Assembly (NCBI GenBank): GCA_046706185.1
Contig: JBJKPR010000056.1
Location: 11,094-75,093 of the forward strand
Source of the DNA: Candidatus Sysuiplasmataceae archaeon
GTDB lineage: Archaea; Thermoplasmatota; Thermoplasmata; Sysuiplasmatales; Sysuiplasmataceae
Reading direction: 5' to 3'
DNA: 64,000 nt
Each line of letters begins with the position of its first letter. Position 1 is the stretch's first letter. The notes under the pieces were generated by a model. That model did not search any database. It saw only the letters and a list, made by a program, of their open reading frames with translations, and had not been told where the DNA came from. Position numbers and translations under genes: made by a program. Shown one piece after another: positions 28,037 to 35,930 of this stretch.

Positions 28037-28975
28037 TCAGTTGCCCTTCGACCTGCGCCTAAGCAGTGCGGCTGCCACACCTGACACGACGAGTATGACT
28101 GCAACACCCGCCGCAATGTAGGCTACTGGCCCTGGTCCGCTGGAAGGCTGGACGTAGAGTGTGTTGCCAACGGCGTACGTATTGCCGTTTGTCACTATCT
28201 GGGCTGACGGGTCAAGGTATACCGAGAGCGAGTAGTTCTGAACGGTGCCTGAGGACGAGAATGAAATGTTGTAGCTCCTGTTCACTGTGACGCCCGCGTC
28301 ATAGCTGTAGGCAGTCTGCCCATTCGCGCTGTCGTATGTTCTGTTCCAGTGGGAGAGCTGTTTTGAGAAGGCGCTGTAATCCAGAGCGTGGTATGCTGAT
28401 AGGTGAGTCTGGCTGTCGGCGAAGAAGTTCAGTATCTTTGAGTATACGAGCGCGCCTGAAGGCGAGTTGATATCCACTGTGCCGCTGGTTGTCGTGGATA
28501 TGTTGATGCTCTTTGTGTAGTTGAAGTCCTTCCATGACATGTTTACAGAGCCTGCGGTCCCGTTCCCTATGCCCTTCACAGCCATGTAAAGGGATGAGGT
28601 AATCACAACTGCAAGCTTTGTCTGGTTGGCGACCCATGATGCATTGTAGTACATCACCAGGCTGCTGATGTATGCGTGTCTGTACTCTGATGCTATCGTG
28701 CCGTTTATCGATTCGACAGCTGTCACTGAAGTGTTGCTTTTGGACGTTATGTTGAGGCTGAGGCTTCCACTGCTGTTGTTCAGTGCGTTGCTTATCAGAC
28801 TGGTTGCCGGATACGTGAAGTTGACGTACAGCTCGGTCTGGGAGTGCCAGTCTGCAGTCTGGGTGGATGGATTGACTTCCACCTTGACCGAAGAGGCCGA
28901 AACGGGTGCAACTGCTATCGCGAGCATTGCAATGGCGATCAGCGCTGCAACCGCCCTCGAACTTGTCTTCCTCAT
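28037..28975 (-). CDS. Secreted Asn/Ser/Thr-rich surface protein with PGF-CTERM-like C-terminal anchor
   Basis: N-terminal signal peptide (MRKTSSRAVAALIAIAMLAIAVAPVSA). Many N-x-S/T sequons. C-terminus SSGPGPVAYIAAGVAVILVVSGVAAALLRRRSKGN (Pro-Gly motif, TM helix, basic tail). Confidence 0.55.
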   Translation of the reverse strand: MRKTSSRAVAALIAIAMLAIAVAPVSASSVKVEVNPSTQTADWHSQTELYVNFTYPATSLISNALNNSSGSLSLNITSKSNTSVTAVESINGTIASEYRHAYISSLVMYYNASWVANQTKLAVVITSSLYMAVKGIGNGTAGSVNMSWKDFNYTKSINISTTTSGTVDINSPSGALVYSKILNFFADSQTHLSAYHALDYSAFSKQLSHWNRTYDSANGQTAYSYDAGVTVNRSYNISFSSSGTVQNYSLSVYLDPSAQIVTNGNTYAVGNTLYVQPSSGPGPVAYIAAGVAVILVVSGVAAALLRRRSKGN

Positions 28976-29043
28976 AACTAGCCGGCACTTACGTATCCTA
29001 TATCTACTTTCCTAGACACCGGTCGAATTCCGCGCTTACTCTT

Positions 29044-29319
29044 TCAGCCGCCTGAAACTGCGGGAACAACATCAACCACCGAGTCATTCTTCACGTGTGT
29101 CAGCTGGCCGTCTGAGAACCTTATGTCTTTGCCGTCCACGTACACGTTGATGTATCTTCTGATCTTCCCGTTCTCGAATATCCTCTTGCCAAACTCCTCG
29201 CCGAAGACGTCTGAGAGCTTTGTGAAAAGGGCGCCGATGCCGCCCTGGAAATCTATCTCGACTTCCTTGTTTCCCTTTGTTATCGACTGCATTGCAGATG
29301 AGAAATTCACTTTGACCAT
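29044..29319 (-). CDS. MoaD/ThiS-family ubiquitin-like sulfur-carrier protein (SAMP-like), C-terminal Gly-Gly
   Basis: 91 aa. Ends ...VVDVVPAVSGG, as MoaD does (PPVSGG). Lies 12 bp downstream of the threonine-synthase-like gene on the same strand. Confidence 0.7.
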   Translation of the reverse strand: MVKVNFSSAMQSITKGNKEVEIDFQGGIGALFTKLSDVFGEEFGKRIFENGKIRRYINVYVDGKDIRFSDGQLTHVKNDSVVDVVPAVSGG

Positions 29320-29331
29320 TACTGTTGCACC

Positions 29332-30591
29332 TCACAGACCTGACCTGAACAGAGGCTCGACATCGGGAAGGTTCGGCCCGACGATGCTTGTCTTTATTCC
29401 CTGCACCAGGTGACTTGGGACCTTCAGGCCGTTGCCCGTGATCAGGCATACGACTGTCTCATCCCTTCCTACTGTCCCGTCGCCTATCCTCCTCTTCAGT
29501 GAGGCGATAACAGTGCCACCCGCCGGCTCGGTGAATATTCCCTCCTCCCTTGCAAGGAGAAGCTGCCCCTCGACAACCTCATCATCCGTCGGAGCGTCGG
29601 CGAAGCCTCCGGTAGACCTTATGACACCGACGGCGTCGTCGCCTGAGGCGGGGTCACCTATTGCGAGTGACTCGGCAACAGTTTCCGGATTTTCAACGGG
29701 CTTTACCTCTCCTGTCACATATGCCTTCGAGATAGGGGAGCATCCTTCCGGCTGGGTGCCGGAAATCATGCATGAGCCGGTGGACAGCCCGAACCTGCGC
29801 AGCTCTTCGACGCCTTTGCCGACAGCGGTGAGCAGGGCGCCCGATCCCATAGGCACAATCATCCTGTCAGGCTCCTCCCAACCCATCTGCTCCACAACCT
29901 CCATTGCAAGTGTCTTGGACCCTTCGACGTAATATGGCCGGAGGTTCACGTTCACAAACCCGACGCTGTACCTGTCGGACACCAGATTTGCAAGTCTGTT
30001 GGCTGTATCGTATGTGCCCTTGACCTCTATCACATTGGCGCCGTATGCAGAAGCAGAAAGGACCTTGTTCTTCTCCAGCCCCTGGGGTATCAGAACGTAG
30101 CAGGGGACCCTGTATTTTGCAGCTGCTGCCGCAGTCGCGCCCGCCAGGTTGCCTGTTGAAGCGCAACCAACGCCCTTCAGGCCGAACTCAATAGCCTTTG
30201 GCACGGAGGTCGCAACCGGCCTGTCCTTGAAGGAATAAGTCGGGTTTACAGTATCATCCTTGACAAGCACCCTCTTCACCCCGAGAACTCTCGCGAGGTT
30301 GACACATTCCCTTAGGGGTGTCATGCCGGGGTTCAGGCCGCGCAGTCCGCTTGCAGCAGAAACCGGGAGGAGAGGCCAGTATCTCCATATATTCTGTGGA
30401 CCCTTTGCAACCGACTCCCTTGTCAAGTATTCCGAAACTGGTGCATCGTCGTATCTGACCTCAACTGGAGCGAAGCATTCATCGCACGCGCTTCTGACGG
30501 AGAGTTCAAAGCGCTTGCCGCACGCCTTGCAGTAAAGACCTGAGGCAAAAGTCCTGCTCCCTGAGCCCTTCACATATGCGGATGAAGTCAT
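29332..30591 (-). CDS. Threonine synthase-family PLP enzyme with N-terminal zinc-ribbon (ThrC-like)
   Basis: PLP-lysine motif NPTYSFKDRPVA. Gly-rich PLP phosphate loop. N-terminal Cys4 (CKACGK...CDEC). Fold-type II beta-family. Confidence 0.75.
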   Translation of the reverse strand: MTSSAYVKGSGSRTFASGLYCKACGKRFELSVRSACDECFAPVEVRYDDAPVSEYLTRESVAKGPQNIWRYWPLLPVSAASGLRGLNPGMTPLRECVNLARVLGVKRVLVKDDTVNPTYSFKDRPVATSVPKAIEFGLKGVGCASTGNLAGATAAAAAKYRVPCYVLIPQGLEKNKVLSASAYGANVIEVKGTYDTANRLANLVSDRYSVGFVNVNLRPYYVEGSKTLAMEVVEQMGWEEPDRMIVPMGSGALLTAVGKGVEELRRFGLSTGSCMISGTQPEGCSPISKAYVTGEVKPVENPETVAESLAIGDPASGDDAVGVIRSTGGFADAPTDDEVVEGQLLLAREEGIFTEPAGGTVIASLKRRIGDGTVGRDETVVCLITGNGLKVPSHLVQGIKTSIVGPNLPDVEPLFRSGL

Positions 30592-30641
30592 TGTCCAGAC
30601 GATTATTACCTGTAATAAAACCGATTTTGTTTCTAATATTC

Positions 30642-30655
30642 TTATTGGAATACGA
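30642..30655. promoter_or_regulatory. Arm 1 of a perfect 14-bp long-range inverted repeat (tattggaatacgaa), just distal to the TATA-like box of the thrC-like promoter
   Basis: Read from the sequence. Its reverse complement lies at 30763-30776. Confidence 0.4.
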
Positions 30656-30762
30656 AATATGGACAGACGTGAGGAAAATCGCTGACTTCCGGTTTGTTAG
30701 TGACTTCATGCAATACTGCATATGCCGGCACGCACACACCCCGGTCTGCACAGAATGTGAAT

Positions 30763-30776
30763 TCGTATTCCAATAG
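30763..30776. promoter_or_regulatory. Arm 2 of the 14-bp inverted repeat (ttcgtattccaata), immediately upstream of the TATA-like box of the HTH-CBS regulator gene
   Basis: Exact reverse complement of 30642-30655. Lies 32-45 nt upstream of ATG 30808. Confidence 0.4.
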
Positions 30777-30807
30777 GAATTAATACTAGCCGGATATACA
30801 ACCTCCG

Positions 30808-31371
30808 ATGCCATTCCCGAAGATAGAGGAAATCAAGAAGATGAGGAAGCAGCTCGACGTTACCCAGAGCGAGCTTGCAAGAATGGCGAATGTGAGCCAG
30901 TCGACCATAGCCAAGCTCGAAAGGAGCAGCATTTCAGCGAGCTACGAGATAGTGACGAGGGTTTTTGAGGCGATTGAAAACGAGGGGAAGCTGAGGAAGA
31001 TTAACAGGACTGCGAGGGAGGTGCTGCACACTCCGATAGTCAGCGTGCAGAAGGATGCAACGCTGGCCGAGGTGTCTGAGCTCATGAAGAGGCGTGGCTA
31101 TTCACAGCTTCCGGTCATGAACGGTGACACTGTCGTCGGCAGCATATCTGACGAGACAATACTCAACCAGCTGAGGCAGGGGTCAAGCCTGGACGAACTG
31201 TCCCACATAAAGGTGGAGGCGGTCATGAATGATGCGTACCCTGTGATTCCGGAAACCACAGCAGTTGAAATGGTCGCAACGCTTCTTTCGAGCAGCCCGG
31301 CCGTACTTGTGCAGAGAAAGGGAAAGATTTCGGGCATAATAACGAAGTCTGATCTGCTCAAGCTCATATAG
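30808..31371 (+). CDS. Transcriptional regulator: XRE-type HTH fused to a CBS-domain pair
   Basis: HTH QSELARMANVSQSTIAKLER. Two CBS repeats (VLHTPIVSVQKDATLAEV...YSQLPVM and VEAVMNDAYPVIPETTAVEMV...). Confidence 0.75.
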   Translation: MPFPKIEEIKKMRKQLDVTQSELARMANVSQSTIAKLERSSISASYEIVTRVFEAIENEGKLRKINRTAREVLHTPIVSVQKDATLAEVSELMKRRGYSQLPVMNGDTVVGSISDETILNQLRQGSSLDELSHIKVEAVMNDAYPVIPETTAVEMVATLLSSSPAVLVQRKGKISGIITKSDLLKLI

Positions 31372-31435
31372 AAACTGGAAAGGAAGTAGAAAGCGTTTTG
31401 GGGGGAGGGTTTACGCTGCAGCGGGAGGAGGCTGT

Positions 31436-32707
31436 TCAGGGCCAGAGACCCCTTATCTTGTGTGCGTCAACAACCTTCTTGACAGCATACACGTAGGCGG
31501 CCGTCCTCATGTCTATGTTCTCCTTCTTCGATATGGGAAGTATGTCGTTATATGCCTTGGTCATCACCGTCTCCAGCCTCTGGTTTACCTCCTCCAGCGA
31601 CCAGAAGAAGCTCTGTATGTCCTGGACCCATTCGAAGTAGCTCACAGTGACTCCGCCTGCATTAGCCAGCACATCAGGCAGCAGGAACACGCCGTTCTTG
31701 TGCAGTATTTCGTCAGCCCTTGGGGTCGTAGGACCGTTTGCTTCCTCGACGATCATCTTCGCCTTTATGTCCGAAGCGTTCTTTTCGGTGATCTGATTTT
31801 CAAGTGCCGCGGGGACAAGCATGTCCACATCAAGCTGCAGAAGCTCCTCGTTTGATATTGCCTTGCTGCCCGGGAAATCTGTGACTGTGCCGGCCTTTGC
31901 CTTGTGCTCAAGGAGTTTGCGTATATCCAGTCCGTTTGCGTTGTAGACACCCCCCTTGCTGTCGCTCACAGCGACAACCTTCGAACCCAGTTCCTCGCTG
32001 AACAGTCTGGCTCCTATGGAGCCCGCGTTTCCGAAGCCCTGGACCGCAACTGTCGCTTTCTTTGTGTCAAGACCGAGCGATTTTGCGCCCGCCCTTGCAA
32101 CATACATGGCGCCGCGGGCGGTCGCCTCCGACCTTCCTTCAGACCCGCCGATGCTCAGAGGTTTGCCCGTAACAACGCCCGGCACGGAATACCCCTTGAT
32201 CATGCTGAACGTGTCCATCATCCACGCCATTGTCTGTGAGTCAGTGTAAACGTCAGGCGCGGGTATGTCCTTCTCCGGACCAATTATAATGGATATCTCC
32301 GAGGTGTAACGCCTGGTGAGCCGCTCTACCTCGTCGCGGCTGAGCTTCTTGGGGTCGACCACCACACCCCCCTTCGCTCCGCCGTATGGAAGGTTCATGA
32401 CAGCCGTCTTCCATGTCATCCAGGCTGCCAGTGCCCTTACCTCGTTGAGCGTCACATTGGGATGGAACCTGACGCCTCCCTTGCACGGTCCCCTGGAATA
32501 GTTGTACTGTACACGGTAGCCGGTGAAGACCCTTACCGTCCCGTCGTCCATGCGGACAGGGAAGTTGACTGTCAATTCCCTCTTGGGCTTGCTGAGTATT
32601 TCCACCAAGCCGGCATCCAGTTTCAATATTTCTGCAGACTTCCTCACTTGAGCAACCGCAATCTCGAACTGATCCAAATTTTCAGGCATCTTATTACTCC
32701 CTTGCAT
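31436..32707 (-). CDS. gdhA: Glutamate dehydrogenase
   Basis: KGGVRFHP...NLPYGGAKGG. Rossmann GFGNAGS. Full-length at 423 aa. Confidence 0.9.
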   Translation of the reverse strand: MQGSNKMPENLDQFEIAVAQVRKSAEILKLDAGLVEILSKPKRELTVNFPVRMDDGTVRVFTGYRVQYNYSRGPCKGGVRFHPNVTLNEVRALAAWMTWKTAVMNLPYGGAKGGVVVDPKKLSRDEVERLTRRYTSEISIIIGPEKDIPAPDVYTDSQTMAWMMDTFSMIKGYSVPGVVTGKPLSIGGSEGRSEATARGAMYVARAGAKSLGLDTKKATVAVQGFGNAGSIGARLFSEELGSKVVAVSDSKGGVYNANGLDIRKLLEHKAKAGTVTDFPGSKAISNEELLQLDVDMLVPAALENQITEKNASDIKAKMIVEEANGPTTPRADEILHKNGVFLLPDVLANAGGVTVSYFEWVQDIQSFFWSLEEVNQRLETVMTKAYNDILPISKKENIDMRTAAYVYAVKKVVDAHKIRGLWP

Positions 32708-32748
32708 TCAAATACCGCCCGGACTTCAGTTCAGGCTACTTAAATAAC

Positions 32749-32787
32749 GATGCCGAGATATTTGAATGATGCCGAGAGAATATTGAA
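32749..32787. promoter_or_regulatory. Imperfect direct repeat (gatgccgagatatttgaa / gatgccgagagaatattgaa) adjacent to the gdhA TATA box in the gdhA/htpX divergent region
   Basis: The 10-bp core gatgccgaga occurs twice, 19 bp apart. Read from the sequence. Confidence 0.25.
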
Positions 32788-32916
32788 CGTAGTAGAAATG
32801 ATGGCATGGTTGTATCTAGATATAATCGCCAGATAGTGGGAATTGCCGAATTTTACTAGTCAACATGTTGAAATAGTCGCTGATCGTAGTTGCGATCTGA
32901 AAGAGGGATGGCGTAA

Positions 32917-33846
32917 TTGGGACCCAGGGTAGGAGTGGCCGTACTTTTCACGACACTGACCCTTCTGTTCGTGGTTCTGGGATCAGCGGTAGGATACTTT
33001 TTCTACGGGAGCCCGGTCTATGGAGCGCTCGTCTTCCTCGTTCTGTCAGCCGTCTTCAATCTCATATCATACTTCTTCGCCGGCAGGTTCGTTCTGAGGG
33101 CAAACAGGGCAAGGCTAGTAACAGAGTCGGAGCAGCCCGGACTTTATGCAGCGGTAAGGGAGGTTTCGTCCACATTCGGAACACCAATGCCGAAGGTAGC
33201 TGTGGCCGATACAATGACTCCTAATGCATTTGCGACCGGAAGAAATCCCAAGAATGCGATTGTGTGTGCAACGAAGGGGATACTTCAGTCTCTGGACGCC
33301 AGCGAGCTGAAGGGCGTGATAGCACACGAAATGGCCCATGTAAAGGACAGGGACATACTTGTCATGAGCATAGCAGCCACAATTGCCGGTGCAATCTCCT
33401 GGGCTGCCAACTCCCTTCTCTTTGCCGCGATGTTCGGAGGGGGCAACAGAAACAACAACGCAGGGTTCATCGGCCTGCTTGTCATGGCAGTCACGGTGCC
33501 GATTGCTGCCATGATGCTGCAGCTTGCGATATCCAGGAAAAGAGAGTCCCAGGCGGATATTGTGGGAGCCAGGGCAATCGGGGATCCACTTTCCCTTGCT
33601 TCCGCCCTCAGGAAGCTGGAGAGCGCCAACGTGCGCAGCCCGATGAAGACGAGCCCGGCCTCCTCAACGCTCTACATTGTCAATCCTGGAAGGAAGGGCA
33701 GTTTCATCATGTCACTCATGTCCACCCATCCGCCGATAGAGGCGAGAATCGAGCGCCTACAGAAGCTTGCACTCGACATGGGCTTCTGGTCTCCAGACGG
33801 TCAGAGAAGCGGTGGGGGCCAGAGGGGCAGGTCCTTCAGGCAGTGA
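32917..33846 (+). CDS. htpX: Zn-dependent protease HtpX (M48 family)
   Basis: N-terminal TM helices. HEMAH zinc motif (IAHEMAHVKDRD). C-terminal TM pair. Confidence 0.85.
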   Translation: MGPRVGVAVLFTTLTLLFVVLGSAVGYFFYGSPVYGALVFLVLSAVFNLISYFFAGRFVLRANRARLVTESEQPGLYAAVREVSSTFGTPMPKVAVADTMTPNAFATGRNPKNAIVCATKGILQSLDASELKGVIAHEMAHVKDRDILVMSIAATIAGAISWAANSLLFAAMFGGGNRNNNAGFIGLLVMAVTVPIAAMMLQLAISRKRESQADIVGARAIGDPLSLASALRKLESANVRSPMKTSPASSTLYIVNPGRKGSFIMSLMSTHPPIEARIERLQKLALDMGFWSPDGQRSGGGQRGRSFRQ

Positions 33847-34435
33847 AGTTTGTTGCTCTCAGTATTTCCACGAGGCCGGGTGTGATCAGCACCTTTCCAT
33901 CGACGATCGGGTAGCCATATGGGAGGAGTGTGCTGTGTACGTCGTCCCACTTCACCTCGACTTCGCTCGTTATGTCAAGCTCATCGAGGGAGGCGCCGAG
34001 AAAAACTGCCCTTGCAACAAAGACGGCGCTGTCTATCGTGAGCTGTATTTTGCCAATGTTTCTGAACCTGTTACCTTCTTCGCTGAACCTGCTTGTTATG
34101 AGCTCCCTCGTCCTTCCCTTCGGTTTATCATAACCCAGTATGCCGCCTACCACGATGTACTCCGCGTCTTCGAAATCCGCAGTCCTGAGTTCGGCGGGCG
34201 ACTGGTGGTCAAGTATTATACACCCCTTTCCCCCGGTGTACTCCAGGACATCCTGGGCAACAGGCTCACCTATGATGTCGAGCGCCTCTGACATCGGTGC
34301 GCTTTTCACATTGGTGAAAATGGTGTCTGGCCAGATGGAGGCGGAATGGGCATATTCAGCCATGAGCCAGTCGGAAATCGAGGCCTCGCGGTTCTCAATG
34401 ACAAGTCTTGTGCTTTTGTTCATGTGACCACTCAC
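33836..34435 (-). CDS. Conserved hypothetical protein (possible SPOUT-like RNA methyltransferase fold)
   Basis: 199 aa. The segment EYIVVGGILGYDKPKGRTRE resembles the Gly-rich knot region of SPOUT enzymes. The assignment is weak. Confidence 0.3.
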   Translation of the reverse strand: MSGHMNKSTRLVIENREASISDWLMAEYAHSASIWPDTIFTNVKSAPMSEALDIIGEPVAQDVLEYTGGKGCIILDHQSPAELRTADFEDAEYIVVGGILGYDKPKGRTRELITSRFSEEGNRFRNIGKIQLTIDSAVFVARAVFLGASLDELDITSEVEVKWDDVHSTLLPYGYPIVDGKVLITPGLVEILRATNFTA

Positions 34436-34581
34436 GGTGGGGCACCGTAGGGGATTACGGGGAAGGCAGGTATGTGGACATGCGCCTGCAGGTCCAGCGT
34501 CCCTCCCCTATAAATTATCAAGTGCGATCACTGCTGTAAAAAGGTTATTAATCGCCGTGAGTGTCAGGCAGACGGATATCG

Positions 34582-35361
34582 ATGAGCTCGACAAAGGAAG
34601 AGCGGAGGCACACTTCGACCCGCAGCCTCAGCATAGGAAGGGAAAAATGCGTCACTGGGATCGAGGGGCTCGACAATATCCTCGGCGGGGGCATACCGAG
34701 GAACAACACAATACTCGTGACGGGCAATTGCGGGACGGGCAAGACTTCGCTTTCACTTGAATTCCTTCTCCACGGTGCACTCGAGGGGGAAAACGGCCTC
34801 TATCTATCAGTCACGGAGCCGTATGAGAAGCTGATTGCAAACATGATCCCGTATGATTTCTTCACCAGGGAGCTGATAAAGACAGGCAAACTCACATTCA
34901 TTGACATGTCCGCGATCTATGAGAGGTTCGGGTTCAACAGAGACAAGATGAGTGTGGAGGATGTCGACCTTCTCGTAAGCGCAATTGGCGACCTTACAAG
35001 GGAGACCAAGGCCCGGAGGCTTGTGATAGACTCGATCACTTCTGTGGCATACCAGCTTGATACCCAGGAGAAGCTGAGGAACATGCTTCTTGGCCTGAGC
35101 AAGCTGCTGTCTGGGCTCGGGGCTACATGCCTGATCATATCTGAACTCACAGCAGCAGATGCATCTTACTCCAAATACGGAGTGGAGGAGGCAATAGCCG
35201 ACGGCGTGATACTCATGGGTAATCTTGAGAGGAACGGTGACATGCTCAGGACGCTTCAGGTGATAAAGATGAGGGGGACGTCGCATTCAAGGGCAAAATA
35301 CGTTCTTGACCTTACAACCGCCGGCACTCTGCTTGTTCCTCTTCTGAAAGGGGGAAACTGA
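34582..35361 (+). CDS. KaiC-like / RecA-superfamily ATPase (single domain), canonical P-loop
   Basis: GIEGLDNILGGGIPRNNTILVTGNCGTGKTSLSLEF (Walker A GTGKTS). Walker B LVIDSITS. Start set to ATG 34582. Confidence 0.75.
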   Translation: MSSTKEERRHTSTRSLSIGREKCVTGIEGLDNILGGGIPRNNTILVTGNCGTGKTSLSLEFLLHGALEGENGLYLSVTEPYEKLIANMIPYDFFTRELIKTGKLTFIDMSAIYERFGFNRDKMSVEDVDLLVSAIGDLTRETKARRLVIDSITSVAYQLDTQEKLRNMLLGLSKLLSGLGATCLIISELTAADASYSKYGVEEAIADGVILMGNLERNGDMLRTLQVIKMRGTSHSRAKYVLDLTTAGTLLVPLLKGGN

Positions 35362-35363
35362 AG

Positions 35364-35930
35364 ATGGACGCCAGCGCCACCGTGATCAGAGAGCTGAAGG
35401 ACATTGAACCGTCGACTTCAACTTCGCTGGAGATAGGGACAGAAGTCTACTTTGACGTCATCAAGGGGCTGATGAGCATGAAGGATGACGGAAGAACACA
35501 GATGATATACGTCGCATCAACAGTTCCTGCGGGAGCGATAATCAATGCGATGGATATGATCGGCGTAGAGGCTGATGGCGTCAAGTTCATAGACTGCATT
35601 TCAAACATGATGACAGGGCAGCAGGAGAAGAACGAGGATATTGTGTTCATAGAGAGCCCGACGATGCTTGAGAACATAATGCTCAAGGTCGAATTCCTGA
35701 GACGGAAGTCGACGGCAAAGAAGGCCGTGGTGATCATAGATTCGCTCAACACGCTTCACATACACAACGACTGGAAGATCATGGGAGAGTTTCTTCACAT
35801 ACTCGTCAACAACCTGAGGTCGCGTGGCTCGATCATAGTAATTCTCAGCATAAAGGAACAGCAGTCGCCCGAAGTTGCGACGCTTCTGAGCCTTGTGAGC
35901 GACCGTGTGATCAGGATTGGTGGTGAGTGA
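35364..35930 (+). CDS. KaiC/RecA-fold protein lacking a P-loop (predicted inactive partner)
   Basis: Retains Walker-B-like AVVIIDSLNTL and the overall RecA-like pattern but has no GxxxxGK[ST]. Start overlaps the upstream stop (3-bp spacing). Its end overlaps the next gene by 4 bp. Confidence 0.5.
   Translation: MDASATVIRELKDIEPSTSTSLEIGTEVYFDVIKGLMSMKDDGRTQMIYVASTVPAGAIINAMDMIGVEADGVKFIDCISNMMTGQQEKNEDIVFIESPTMLENIMLKVEFLRRKSTAKKAVVIIDSLNTLHIHNDWKIMGEFLHILVNNLRSRGSIIVILSIKEQQSPEVATLLSLVSDRVIRIGGE

Noticed and set aside
30576-30776. 66-aa ORF between the inverted-repeat arms / MITE interpretation of the 14-bp inverted repeat
   Set aside because: The ORF spans two promoters and has no RBS or composition signal. 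The inverted-repeat arms sit symmetrically at the TATA-proximal regions of two divergent genes. That fits operator sites better than a mobile element. No target-site duplication is seen.
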